This document shows positions 11,491 to 59,175 of a stretch of DNA of 64,000 bases, one piece after another; the first letter of the stretch is position 1, and each line of letters begins with the position of its first letter. Both the position numbers and the translations under genes were made by a program. The notes beneath the pieces are model-generated. The model was given only the letters and a program-made list of their open reading frames with translations, searched no databases and had not been told where the DNA came from. The stretch is from Bugula neritina. Its lineage: Eukaryota; Animalia; Bryozoa. Where the stretch lies: the NCBI GenBank assembly GCA_964035545.1, contig OZ037770.1:1984001-2048000 (forward strand), given 5' to 3'.

Positions 11491-13399
11491 CTCTAAAGTA
11501 AACATAGAATTCAGTCTACTACGTGCTGACAAAGTGTCTAAGTTTAATTTTATAAAATGTAGTCAAATGATGATAACTTATAATATTATCCAATATGTTG
11601 CTGTCTTATGACCGGGGTGTTGCTGTTTATATACTTTTTAAATATGCTTTAATCATAGGAACCTATGACCCGGGTGATTTCTATTATAAATATAATATGT
11701 ATATGCATATATATATATACATATATATATATTCATATACATCTACATTCAGTGAATGAGCACGCTAACCAAATGGTCACAAACTCAAGCTGCTATAGCA
11801 TTTTGCAATGCTCAAGACTTTTATTGGTGATCCATAGAGTCACTTGAGCACCCTGGCTTAAGTTTACAATTTTTTTAAATATGCCCTAATGAAAATATGA
11901 GTTTCTACTATTGGGAAGGTGTCGGCCATGATACTCTGTTCAGTGCTAATGAGGGGACAAATCCTGAAACAGCTGCTGTCTACAAACTTAGATATAATAT
12001 AATATATGTCAATAAATATGTTTACCAATTTTTTTTTATACATTATATTACATAAATAATAACAATATAAAACATTTGGAGAGTGTGGGTATATCAAAGA
12101 AGACTTATATAATAACTAAACATAATATTATTGCGCAATTACTGTTATTTTCAAATGAAAACCTATATGTCTAATAAAATGATAAGTAGGCTATATATAG
12201 CATTAAATCTTAACCACATATTAGTAAGCATGCATTTCTTACATTTAATGACTTACAGCATCTTTTTATGAAAAATAACTTTGTGACATCTCATAGGAAA
12301 TATTATTTAAAAATGAACGTTATGCTTAACTTAACGTAATAAATATTCAAATACTGGATAAGGGTTAAATTACTACAGGGGAGAGAATAGGTGCTATTAA
12401 AGTTCTAAGCCAAGTCTTGTTTATTTTGGATTAAGAATTGTGTATAACACTTTATTGTTTAGTGTTAATGCTGAACATTTCTAGCAAACTTTTTTTCATC
12501 AGAGAAGGTAAGTTTAAATACATAATATTATTTTTTCAAAAGTATTTTATGAATCATTTTAAATGAATGTGGGTTATAGTTTTTTTATCACTTTGATTTT
12601 TGCTTTAAATTTTAAATTCTATTTCAAAATGGTAATTATAGAACCGAGAAAAATTTACATAATACCTATTTTATAATTTTTCTACGTAACTAATTATAGT
12701 AAACCTATGTTCTGTATACTATGACGGTATCCATCTTCAGAGATTCGATGTTGTTATTTGTATGATAATATGCTGACTATTCTAGATACTAGTCTTTTAT
12801 TTATGGGTGATAAAGAAAATACAAATTGCTGTTGATCGGGCTTCTAATTTCAACACAAATTGCTTCATTGTATATTAATAGGGAAAATATGTTTGTATAT
12901 AGAAACCGTTTGCATGCAGTAAAGTGCTGAGAAATCTATAATAATTTGTATAAAAATCAATAAAGCTGTTTCATGATTGTTATTTTAGCCTGGCATACAC
13001 AGATACATGGAAGATGATATCAAAAGCTGTTCTGAGATTTATATCTCAGCATGCGGATATAATAATTAATTGAGATTACTCCAAGTAAGGGAGACAACTT
13101 CTAAAACTAAACAAATACCTCTGCATTAAACTTCTACTTATGCGATTCAAACTAAAATATATCAAACCGAATAGAAAATTCTGCAAGATATAAAGTCAGC
13201 CATAGGGTACATGCAGAGAAGGTTGTTGCCCTGCAGGAACAGAACACATGTATGTTCATGTTATATAAGTAGCAAAGTATATTAACTTTGTGTATATTAT
13301 AGTAGCAGTGAAAATAAAACTTTTCGAAAGATTTCCTCTATAAGGTTGTTTGTACTTACTAATATTGTTGTAAGTATATGTGTTAGTCAATTTACTTTT

Positions 13400-14520
13400 T
13401 CCTGATTTTTTTATTTCTTTTGCATGTATATTATATATAGTCAAGAATCAAGAAAGTTTAAACTATATATACATTCAGTACTGTAATTTGAGAGAAGGTA
13501 GGTGTCTTAGAGTTGAGTTCATGTCTTTGGTATATACTCACTGAGGGCACATCAAAATGATTATTAGCTTGTCCTCCAACCTTTTTATAAGTTTCCTTTT
13601 ATGCTGCACGCAGGTTGTCTTTAACATTCATTTTGATTTCTCAATGTAACTATTGCAATTGTCACTTAAGAGTTGAGTCCTCAGGTTTTGAGAAAAAAGA
13701 TAGGGTTGTAAGAGCTTCAACTAAAACTAACAGTAATAGTGATAGCCACAATGCATGTCTATAATATAACCACCAAATCAGCGACTAGATAGAGTTTTAT
13801 AGCACATGCATTGATATGTAAATAATAATATACAAATATATTTATTTTGTTGTTAAACTTTGATGGTATAACCCCGCAACAGTATACATATTATTTTTGT
13901 CTCTTTTAGTTGCTATAAATTAGTTTGTATATTTACTAATGTTGCTGCAGGTATAGTGATGGTCAGTTTTATTTCCTCTGCATGTATATATTATATATAA
14001 TACATTCCAGCATTTCAAAGAGCTTTAAACTGTACATTCAGTACTGTTGATTGAGTAGAAGGAGGTGTGCTAGAATTGAGTTTACATCTCTGATACTTAC
14101 CGAAGGTATACATCAGCACAATTATCAGATTATCCTCCCAACTTTTTAGTATTTTTCCTGCTGCATGAATATTAATTTAAATTTAAGGCTTTCTTCTAAT
14201 TTGAAACATAATTCCAGCAGTGCTAACTGTTGTTGATTTTCTAGAATTAGATCATTTGTATTCACTAATATTGCTGTAGGTATAGTAGTGACAGTTAGTC
14301 GATACTTTTTCTTGACATTTCTTTTGTTTTCTCCGCATGTATAAAATAATTAAGAATCAAGGAGCTTTAAATTGAATTTACATTCATTTTTCTGGTTGTA
14401 TCAGTAGAGGTAGGTGTGCTAGAGTTGAGTTCACATCTTTCCTATGATCACTGAATTAGGCACCTGATAATTATCATTTAATAGTCCTCAACATCCTTTG
14501 TGTTTTTTCTGCTGCATGAA
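13400..14520. repeat. Three diverged ~200-bp tandem copies
   Basis: Shared core GGTGTG/CTAGAGTTGAGTT..CATCT...GCTGCA near 13500, 14065 and 14415. Confidence 0.7.
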
Positions 14521-15630
14521 CTTCCAATTCGGTTTTTCAGTGTCTGATTGTTAACCAAAGTATCTTGGGTTGTTATAAAATATGAATAACTAAATATATT
14601 ATATGTTTAAACTGGCAATATATATAGTATTCTACATGGAACCACATATTTTCATCTAATCAAATTAACTACAAAAAAGTATGAGTGAGAGAGAGAGTTA
14701 ATTAAATATATATGTTCTCTGTGTACTATATTTAGATAAATAAATAATTTGTTCCACAAAAATAAAAGTTGATTTATAAGAAATAAACAGGAGCAGTTAG
14801 AGAAACTTATAATAATATTATCTATATAGAACATTTCTCTGTATGGTTTCTGAATTGCATGTTACTTTCTATATCAACTTTACATGTTATTATGTATACA
14901 GTTTGGTAAAACGAGTAGCATGTTGAGCATAAAAAGTTTATTATAGCAGCTATTTTTTGTAGCTATATTTTTGCTCAATCAAAAAGTTATAAATATTATC
15001 TCTACATTTCCCATTTCAAATATTATATATTATACTTTATGTTGAAAATGTTGGCTAAAGTTCTAAATAGTGCATGTGTAATTATACTTTTGTAAACAAA
15101 ACTTTTTATTATCATAAACTGGTGAAATGGAATAGGTTATCAATAAATTCATTATGGTGAAAAAAAGAATGTAAACCCTCTGTTATGTCTCATGTATAAG
15201 TCAACTAACGAAAGTCAAGTATTGCATGGATCAGACTGTAAATTGGGGTCTTGTTAGGATATGATTGTATATAATCTTTCTCTCAATATATAATTACATT
15301 GACATTTACCGCATCACTTCTTAGGAGAACTAAGCAGCACTATAGTCATTGGAAGGCACCTTACAAAGTATGTACTTTACAATATGAATAAAAATACATT
15401 TTAATGAGCTCTTATATAAAACATCTTGCAGGGATAAGCGTAGCTAATATAATGCAAATGCGCAGTGTTTAAGGTGCTTGATTGAGCAATTAAAGAAGAA
15501 AAAAATTGCAAATCAACAAATGCCTATATAACAGCGGTAGAGTTCTCATAAAGATATAAAAATATTGAAACATATATATATATATATATATATATTTAAA
15601 AAAATTGAAATGACACAGTTAAATTTGATA

Positions 15631-15692
15631 AAACATTTTATTACTAATAGTTTCATGCATATTAAAATATACACTCTTCAGATGAAATGTTT
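15631..15692 (-). ncRNA. Minimal type I hammerhead ribozyme (family A)
   Basis: AAACATTTCAT CTGAAGA GTGTATATTTTAATATGCAT GAAA CTATTA GTA ATAAAATGTTT. Confidence 0.85.
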
Positions 15693-16771
15693 AAATCTAC
15701 TAAAGAATATATTACATGGTACTATTTAAATAGTAAAAAGCTGAAAAGCTGGCCGATTAATGATATTTAAAATAGGCTGGTAAGCATATTGTATGGATTA
15801 TAAAATGCTCATGTAACTACATGTAGAAATAAAATTACTCCTGGTGTTTAATGAAGCGTATGTTGGTTTGTATACTATAAAATATTTCTCCTATAGACAT
15901 AGGTGACAGAGGGGGGAGTTTTTATTGCACGGTCGGGCATGTTTTAAAATTCTCCATTGTGTATTATTATAATCTATATTTTTGTCTTTTAAAGTCCAGA
16001 CATATTTACTGAGCTCAGTGGAGTTGCGTTTATTATTATGTTTAAATTTGGCTATACGGTTACGATATTTGAATTTGAATTCACCCTTAGTCAGTCCAAC
16101 ATATGTTTCTGTGTGGTTGTTGGAGGAGACAGTGGCTTGGTATATCAGAGATTTTGATCTGCAGTTATCATTGAGTGGGCACAGATTCTTATTTCTGCAG
16201 TTGCATGGGTCATTTACATTCTCCTGTTGATGAAGTAATTTTTTGTTGTGTTCGTTTATCATAGACCGTACATTCTTCATGCAGCTGTAGCTGACTTTTA
16301 AGGTTTTGTTGTTGAATATTTTACTAAGGGCGTGGTTGTGTATAAACTCTTCCTGTGCTATCCTCAGAAATTCTTTGCTTACATTTGTGGCTACATTGCG
16401 GCTGTATGGCGGGTTGAACCAGATTACGGGCTTTTGGCGGTTGATTTTGTTAGGATGATTTGCCTTTGTCTGTTGGTAAAATTTAAGTTTATGGCTGTAT
16501 CCGCTTTTCTTTAGGGCCTCTTGGTATAGTGTCTATGGGAGAAGTATTTTATAGTATACAAACCAACATACGCTTCATTAAACACCAGAAGTGATTTTAT
16601 TTCTACATGTTAATATAGACGTGCGAGGGCATTTGTTTTAGAAAGCGTTACATGAGCATTTTATAATCCATACAATATGCTTACCAGCCTATTTTAAATA
16701 TCAGTAATCGGCCAGCTTTTCAGCTTTTTACTATTTAAATAGGACCATGTAATATATTCTTTAGTAGATTT

Positions 16772-16833
16772 AAACATTTTATCTGAAGAGTGTATATTTT
16801 AATATGCATGAAACTATTAGTAATAAAATGTTT
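16772..16833 (+). ncRNA. Minimal type I hammerhead ribozyme (family A)
   Basis: CTGAAGA-stem II-GAAA-CTATTA-GTA; stem I AAACATTTTAT/ATAAAATGTTT. Confidence 0.87.
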
Positions 16834-16885
16834 TATCAAATTGAACTGTGTCATTTTAATTTTATTATATATATATATATATATA

Positions 16886-17105
<220 letters not shown>

Positions 17106-18237
17106 ACTGCACATTCTACACACCACTTGAGAACTAACAAGGTCATAGCTGGCTGTGTTAACTATACTGTATGATAAGTCACATTCCCAACTGTGTGTAC
17201 ACATATACTGCAAACCCTAGTTTACTAAAACTGACTAGGCTGCTTTTATTGACTTGTCAAATAGTTTCTATATATAATGCTTTGGTTTGATAATATTGAA
17301 TTTCTGTCACAATCAATTATGTCTGTCCATTTGGTTTAAATTGCATAACAATTAAATTTATTTGTTGACAGGGCTTTGAGGTGTAAAAATTATTTTTGCT
17401 TTTTATAGTAACTAAAAAATTAAAGGTAACATTACCATATTGTACCTCAAACTTTTCTCTTAGCAATTACCTAATTCAGCTATCTCACTCAATAAGCAGA
17501 TCATTACAAGTATATGACTTTAACTGCAAACAGCAAATTACATGAAGTAATTGCATTTGAGAAAAATAATTTTATTATCAATTCAATTAAAAATGTTAAA
17601 ACTAATTTTTTTTCATAATTTTTGATTAAAACTATAATATAACATCTTGCTGACACTTCCAATAAAGTTAAAATAGCAATGAAATTGCAGTACAAACATG
17701 AAAGATATCATACCTATTCAATCTACATTACTATAAATCAAAAGTAGCTTACAAAGATACAAGTTTGTGCATTATAATCCATATATATTAAAATATGCTG
17801 ACTATTTAGGATACAGAAGTAAATTATATAACCAGTGTCTATAGAAGTGGGTGCTGTTTAAGTACAAGCACAAGCTAAACTTCAATCAACAGCAAACATA
17901 ATTTATCTGTATCCTAAGTTGTATGTATGTATTTATCTGGTTATATAGAAGTAGGTGCTGTCTAAATGAAAACACAAACTGAACCTCAACTAATAGCAAA
18001 TCTAATTTCTTAAAAACGCAGGTGTAGGAAGATAAACTGTATAACAATAAAATTGTGTTTCCATTTTCGCCTGCCACCTTAAAAAATCAGTTGAATTCAA
18101 CAATTTATACTTGACTTCTTGGACTGTCAATTTTGAGAATCAAATAGTTAATTAATAAGCTCAATAAAGATTTTATTGATGAATAAGAGTTTCTGCAACA
18201 AAGTGATTACTTCGAAGTCATCGTTTAAAATCAAACA

Positions 18238-50983
<32,746 letters not shown>

Positions 50984-51253
50984 CTGGTAAAAACAGGCAT
51001 TTTTTCTAACAATTTAGTTATAGTGTTTAAAAGTACTATATGGTTTCCCAGCAAGCTTTAACTAGCTGAAATGTAACTTTCCAGTGTCAGAATAGCAGCT
51101 TTGACAAAATTTCTCATATACATATACTGCTAGTAACAGAGAAAATTATCTGTTCCTGCAATTACTTCTACTAAGGTCTATAGAGGGAGACCGCATCCCT
51201 ACAATTATGCAAAAGATAATAGACCCCCTGTAGTTTTGGGCCTAGTTTCTTTT

Positions 51254-52240
51254 CATTGATTGATTGATTGATTTATTACATATCACAAACATGACAACAC
51301 GCTGCAAAATTCAGTGTAAATACTGGCTATAATAAGTAGGAATGAACAAAAATAAGAGAAAAAATCAAAACTCTGTTGGATTATTTAAAATAAAAGCTCA
51401 TTTAAAGTATTTACAAGATGTCGCAAGAAGCTATCTCTGCCCCATGCTCCTCTATATTTGATGGTTCGATATCTTCCAGAAGGGCATTGACTAAGAAAGT
51501 TATTGATGAAATGGTCGTTGTCTGTTATATATTTGATGGCAAGTTCTTTAGTGAGTTTCTGAATGTGCAAATCGATGTTTAGATACTTAATTCCGAGTTT
51601 TGAGCAATCTTTGAGAATTCTTCGAATAGCCTTTTTATCACTGGCATAGATACAAGTAAAAATAGTAGGTAGACAATAGGCGATGCGGGACATGATGAAA
51701 CTTTTGAATAGCATATTTGCTAGAGGTTTAGAGCTAAGATACGCAAAATTCTTCACAATATACATTCTTTTTGATGCTGTTGTTACTACTGATTGTACAT
51801 GTTCATGAAATCTCAAATTCTGATCCACTAACACACCAAGATATCTCACTTTTTCAGACAATACAATGTTTGTTCCATTCAATACGAGAGTAGGGGTATG
51901 AGGTTTAGCACGTTGGGTTGAGAACATCATTTCTTGGGTCTTGCTAGGGTTTAATAATAGATTTAAATCATCACATTGCTTAGCCAATAATGCAAGTGTC
52001 ATCTGCATATTTAATTACGGTGATGTTGCTCTGGCTTGAGGTAATCCTATTAGTGTAAATAGAAAACAATAGTGGAGATAAACAGCACCCTTGGGGAGTT
52101 CCTGTGTTAGTTATGATTGGATTTGATGTTATGCCATCCACTACTGTGCGCTGTACTCTGTTTGTAAGAAAGCTGTAAATCCACTCAGTAACATTGGAGT
52201 CAAGATGAGTTAGTTGCGTAATGAGGTCTGGAATAGCAGT
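51254..52240 (-). mobile_element. 5'-truncated non-LTR retrotransposon (CR1/L2/Rex-group RT C-terminus)
   Basis: GTPQGCCLSPLLF, KYADDT, LNPSKT, VRYLGV; frameshift ~51990; AATAAA plus (TCAA)n tail at 51254-51277. Confidence 0.88.
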
Positions 52241-55200
52241 ATATATTTTCCTAGAATGTTGTTTAGAGACATAAAAAAACTGCCTATGCACAACATACTT
52301 TGCATCTGTTTAGTATCTCGTAATTAGACATAAAAAAATCAAAGCCAATTATAAGGCAAAATACCATAATACTGTACTATCATTGGATAGTTCTTCATCA
52401 ATGAACAGGTAGTCGCCAGTGGTGGATATGAACCCCTCCTAGATTTTTCTCGTACTTCTTCCTCAAAAAACATTTTCATTAAGCCAAAAAGAAATAACAA
52501 TACACTTTTTTAGTTGACACTTTTTAATTTCTGACTGATATTTCACCTTATTTCCAATTATAATTAACTTTTGACCGGCACTTTTCTTTGTAGTAATTCC
52601 TACCCTTTAGACTGTGTACTTTGAAATGAGTCTGTTTTACTTGTTACATAAAGTATAGTTGCACTGGCTACAGGTTGACACAAAAGCAAGCCTATCTTGA
52701 TAAAATCATGCGCAAATGTAGAAACTATCGAGGAGTTTGTTCCTCATAATTAGAAATTGACAAATTATTTTTAATCCGTTTAAAAGCATCTGGTTAGGGA
52801 AGCATATGCCGTGTTCAATTTGTTATTCTAGCATTAACAATAACAGAATGCAATAATTATAAGTTTATGAAAGTAATTAATTTGTTTTCTTTCTAATTAC
52901 AAATATAATATTTTAGTATATATTGTAAATTTATAAGGCTTGCATTAGGAATAACGCAGCTAAAACATCATTTTCCTAAAAGTCTTAAAAATATATAAGT
53001 ATAACATGATACACTATGCCAATAAACTTATTAAAGTACCAAGCAAGCTTAGCTAGTTTAAGAAAAATTACACTAAGTAAATTCCCATTATTTATAGAAT
53101 GCTTGCTGATATTATTAGCTTTTGATGTAATTAAAGTAAATTATTATTTATCTTTCTAGCTAAGGATTTCTTGCCGTAAGTTTTGCTTTTATATGCATGG
53201 AGAAATGTCGTAACAAACGAGTTAAATTTTTATAGCACATAAAAATGTAATCTATAAGTCGAAGATATTTAAACTTAGCAATTAACTCATTTTAATTAGC
53301 AATGTAGCCTAAATCTAATACAATACAAAATATATACCAGTATATATAATATATTTTTACCATGCTGTTAATTACAGTATTTGTAAAACAAATTTTATGC
53401 TCATTAATTAAATGCAACAAATATTTATAAAATACTAATAATGTTGAATAAATAAATTCAATAATTCCTTTTCTATTTAAATGGCTGCATAATTTCTTGC
53501 AAGGTTGTATAAAGGAGTTGTAGCCCACAACTTATTATGTGTTCAATTGCCACATATGTCTTAGGAAGAAGAAAACTCCACAAAAATTCTTGGTTTGAAA
53601 ATTCTAGTATAATTAAAATCACTTAATATATGGCTTTGAAATGCATTTTGCCACTCTGCAAAATTGCAGGAACAAATATTGCATGAAGTAATAAATGATT
53701 TATGAAGTAATTATAAACAAACCAATGTAAAAACTGTTGTTGTATATAGAACACAACATATTGATTTTCTTCAATTTCCACATCAAATCTATATATTCAA
53801 TTATATCTAACCAATGCTAATAAACTAAACATGCATGCATACAAATATTTGCATCATATGCAAGTAATATTAGCTAATTAGCAACTATAGCATTTTTTTC
53901 ATTATCTTTATTGCTTGCATATGTCTAAGTATTATTAAAATAAGGTTTTTATTTGCAACTTTGCACCACAAATTACATAAAATCTAAAAACTTGAGTTGT
54001 GACATGCATTAGGGCTACCTATACACAAATAGACCTTCATAAAACTCTCAATGATTTTATTCAACTCATGTATGCAAAAGTTTTGCATTAAAACAATTCT
54101 TCTAAATCACCCTAGAGCAGGAAATTATTACAAAAACAGCTTCTCATATATAATCTTTCTCCAGATTAATTTTTTTTCCTGTATTTAAACTAACTTAGCA
54201 AGTGAAGATTGTGATATCACTCAGGTAACCACATATATATTATTCATGGCTGTAATACTTTAGCAATGAATAGATCATGTTTAATTTCCACTCTACCTAG
54301 CAGTTTTTCAGAATTATAGAGCTATGTATATCGTGAAATTGGAATAGCCTAATAGTTTTACATGTGTTTATAGCTAGACAAATTAACTTTAAAAGCTTAC
54401 AATAATTAGATGATATTTGCATTCTTTTGAAGGTTATGGTGAAGCTACTGCAAAACTGGCCATTAGTTTAGCATAATATGCAATGCCGCGCAAAGGCATG
54501 CCAAACAAGCAATGTTTATTTACCTTACCAGTGCAATTTTATCACCTTAAACACAAAAGCAAGTATAAAATACACATCCATATTAGATTAACTGTCAAGT
54601 TAAAAAAAGACAACATATATTCATGAGCTGGTTCTGTTTGCACAAGTACAATTTAGACCAGCTTATTATTTAGATTGCCACAAAAATATGACATAAAATA
54701 TGTCTTTAATCATTATTTTGATATTCACTGGTTGAAGATATTTTTTATATCCTAATATGTAAATATTGTACATAAATCTTAAAAATTAACTAGGTGAATA
54801 AGGAAAACTGCTAATTTTATGAAACTGTTATGTTAATAAAGACAATGGCTATCAACAAATCCCACCAGACCACAAACTAATTGTAAATACTAAAGCAATT
54901 ATATAGTGCTATGTGTTGATCTAGCCTAGTCAATACACCACAAATATGTATTATGACGTACCACATTTTAAGTACTGGGTTACCATTTATTCTAATGGGT
55001 ATTTGTTTAAACTGTTATATACAGCTTTTTGCACTACCAATATACAAGCCAGTTGTTATTCTGTCACTTTTTATCTACATCTCTTTTTAATGCCAGTTAC
55101 TTGTTAGCTTCAGTACAAACAGCTAAACATTCTACTCTACAGCCAATTTTACTGTTAACTCTTGTTTAACAATATTACAAGAATCTAAAAATTTGAGTGT

Positions 55201-58200
55201 GTTTTAAGTATAATATTCTATCATTATAACTTTTAAATGAAACAATAATATGATGAATGCATTATAACTTTCTGAAAAGTTTTTTTGCAAAGTATATGTT
55301 TTTGGAAAATAGTTTTACAACATTTGCTAGGAGCATTATATTTTTTCCTATCTAAAATAATTTTGTTTGAACTGCTATGTTTGTAATCATGTAATCAGAA
55401 GTAAAGCATCAGTAAAATGAGTATAAGTAGAAGCTTGACAGCTACATTAGGCATTGCTACATAGTACATAAATATATGACTGTATTAAATACTTAGCTGC
55501 ATTCACAGATAAATGCATAGCTTGGAATTACAATACCATGAATACATTATTTATTTAGCTGGGTAACTATACAATTATGCCAAAGTGAAAAGCTTTTGGT
55601 TATTAATGCCTGAAATGTCTAACAATCTACTTGGGAGACCACCTTGTTGTTACAGAGTGAATGAGTTATTTGTTTGGCATTTGGATGATGGCACAAAGAA
55701 AGGCTATTTGGTTTGTTACTTGAGACTAGTAGCAAACTGCTACAGTCATAGCATCTTAGAAGATTTTGCATCACTTGCTAAAATTGTACATTATTTTAAT
55801 GTAGCTATTGAAATTAATATCCCACTGAAAACACAGTATTGCAAAATCTTAAGCTGTACATAATTATATTATGCATCAAAAAGTACTTCTGCTATTCGAC
55901 TATCCCAGGTTTATTTTAAACTAGCACTGCCAAAGTGCCTTGACTATTACACTGTTTACTAGCTAATTTTGTTCTTCTCAATAGTGAAATAGATCTATTG
56001 CAAGAAATTAATGACTAGATATAACAATGATGACTTTTAGGCAAGACTTTCGCATCTATATTGCTCATCTGCTAGCTTGAAATACCCCTCTCCTTGGACT
56101 AATCTCAGGCTTTTCATTGTTGTTTAAACAGTTTTTAAACTCCTATTTCAATAAATCATTACCAACACTGCCTGCATGTATTAATATTCATTAGTGCCAT
56201 CAATGCACTGTGGAGACAGCACCTGATGTTCTGTATATTACATTATAGTACAGATATACTAAATCCAAAACATCTAAAATAATTGATGCTTCTACCAGAT
56301 TTTTAGCACACCTATAATATGTATTCCTGTAGTAAATATTAATAAGATGTTTTAACTGATAGTTTTTATACCATTATAATAGTTTGATACTATAACTACA
56401 ACTTGAAACTCTTTAACCAGCACATTGGTTAGTAATATTGCTTCTTGATATTTAATTGCTGGTTCACAAACTATCAATAATAGGGATGCATATCAAAACT
56501 TGACTGCATTCATAATATGATTTTAATGCTAGGTAATGACTAAGCATGTCTGGCTGATATGAGGTGACTATTTTGTACACTGTTTAACAACATCAGCTTT
56601 TTGGGTTCATTTAAAGCATCTGCAAATCTGTATTATACATAATTACTGTTAGGGCCAATTAATTAAATTGTTAACCCTGAAATGCTTTTTACACTGTAAT
56701 ACTAAGTAGTAAAAGATATGTATATATATATAAACTGATTGTAATTTATACATAACATTGTACATTTAAAAAAAATCACAAAATACATAATTTATTAGCT
56801 AAATTTCAAGGCGTTTTGTAGGTAGTGGGTTAATGTCAATAAAGTAGAATCCGGGAAGTTGAGTAGCTTTATTCAAGAGGAAGGCTCTCCAACAGTTCTA
56901 CCAAAGCCTAAATAACATGTATAAAATAAAGGTTATATGCACAATTTTTTTTTCAAAACAGCCTGCAACTGTTTTGCTATTGCATATGCCCTATGCCATT
57001 CATCAAGTAGAACAATTTTAACCAGGATATCTAGAAAAGTTGACACAAGGGCTTTATAAACTATGTAACAGTAAAACTGTGAGTAGAAATTAATTGACAC
57101 TAATGAATAATGCTTTAGGTGCTGGCAACAACCATAAAAGAAAAGTTATATAACAAACAAATAGAAAAAGCACTAAACAAATCAACAGCATTATATACAA
57201 TTGGGGCACATACATGAAAACAGCAGCTAGTGTCATTTTCTTAAGACAGCACTATTTTAGGTATAAATTTAAGAAGTATTAGAAAATGCAGAAATTTACT
57301 GCAGTTGGTTCATTTTATTTAAGTTAGTACATACTGAAGATCTCAAGTTTTTGCTAATGAACATGAGTTTTGGCCCGAAACCTTGATTATTTAGGTGTAT
57401 TTCTTGATGTCTCACTAATTTTAAGCAAAAAGCATTGTTCATTAGCAGCTAAAATGTAAAAATGGCTAAAAACTGCAGATTTCCAGTGTGTACTAAATTA
57501 AATAAAAGGACTCAATCACCTTTGCAACATAATTCAATAATTGCATGGTCAAGCAGAATAAACTACAATTAACAGCAACAACAGTGTAATAGTTGCGTAG
57601 AAAAGTTGTACTGCAAAAAACTAAAAGAATGCAAAATCTATAAATGTGTGCTACCAAGTAAATGCTGAACAGACATCATGAAATAGTGTACGAAATACAA
57701 ACTATTAAACTTACCTGTTGATCTAATGCAGCCAAAACCTTAAGCTTAGAGTAGTGGAATGGTGCTGTTCGATGTTGATATGCTACAAGTAGCTAAGATG
57801 ACTCAAATTCTTGCCTTTAGGAGTAAGAGGCCTCAGCTCAGTTTCAACAAAACTTCCAATAATCTCAACGGATGCGCTCAATTAGGAGCCACAACAAAGT
57901 ACACCCATGTCATTTTAGTAAACTCTAAAAAATGAACGGAAATAAAACTGTTAGAGAGTAAACAGAGAAACATATAGTGATGGGGAAAAAACCTGTCAGC
58001 AAAGGTTATATACACTCATAGCCATAACACGAAGAAAAAGATAATGAATAACAACCTATTCAAGATGACACAAGAAACCAAACAAATTTCTTTGACTAAA
58101 AAATATAATTAAATACTATATTACTTGGCAAAAAATATTTGTTTTGAACAACGTATTATTGGGAAGAATTGCCAGTGTCTTAAATTTTGAGATTAAAATT

Positions 58201-59175
58201 TCTGCCTTATAGCGGAAATAGAGAGGCAATCAATAGTGTACAAAACATGTTTTCAGCCATTGCCTGTTGACTAAATTGAAAAAGTTAAAGAAAGCTTCCA
58301 TATCATTATTTATTTTGTTCTCAAGTGTGTGGTTACAGTTTCATGAGTCAGAAATATAATTATTTGAGATATGAAATCAAATGTAGTCAAAAGAGTGTCA
58401 TACAATTTAAAATGTAGTAATAGAGCTTTGACAATAATTTCTTTTGCTAAGTAAAACAGGTACCATTATGTGCTACTTATCTTTTAGAGATGAACATCAA
58501 GGATGTTGAAAACAAAATAGTTGTAAATTACAGCAAATACCTTTCTACTTACCTAACCAGAGAAAATAAGTTTTCAACCTTGCATGCACTCAGCTGGTTT
58601 TCAATGTTTGGATCAGTGACATCTTTATAACTGATAGCAGCATTATGTGATAGCTTTAGGAATTGTTACCTTAAATCTAAATTATATAGAACAAGAAGTG
58701 CAAAAATATGGCATTAGTACTCATTGCACAATACACACTTGCTAGAGTAGCTAATCTAGCATCACATTAATTTAAGAAAGACAAAATTTTATTACTGTTC
58801 ACAAATGATGAATATTAAAATTTGAATAATTAGACAAATTAACAATGATATTGATGTTACTTCAAACATTACTAATGGTAAACACCAAAATACTAATAGG
58901 AATAGTCATGTTAACATCAATTAAAAAAGTAAAGATAATTTGAAAATGAGACAGTTTATAGGTCTAACTCTTATAGTTGACAAGCAATTACAGGGCAGTC
59001 ATATTGATGTAGGCTACCCTCAAAATGTAGCACTTTAAAAATATTAAAAAGACAGCACATATAAGAACATAATCTTAAAAATAGGCATATGTGACACCTA
59101 TATTTTGATTAACAAAGATATCTTCTTTACTTTATTAATCTAGCTCATATAATGGTATTCTGTCTTAGTATGTTA

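Larger units (their letters stand above)
15598..16866 (-). mobile_element. Truncated Penelope-like element (GIY-YIG 3' end) with an inverted copy of its own 3' end, inserted in (TA)n
   Basis: ORF 15891-16280: CNCRNKNLCPLNDNC..LIYQATV..YVGLT..FKFKY; 16540-16860 is the reverse complement of ~15608-15890. Confidence 0.85.

Noticed and set aside
12400-13090. Plus-strand splice signals (donor ~12510; exon ~12990-13084)
   Set aside because: No sustained ORF or other support.
57715-58676. Exon-like segments 57715-57924 and 58553-58676 (minus) as the 5' part of the micro-exon gene
   Set aside because: Good splice signals but stops in all frames; cannot be linked without transcripts (may be UTR or pseudo-exons).
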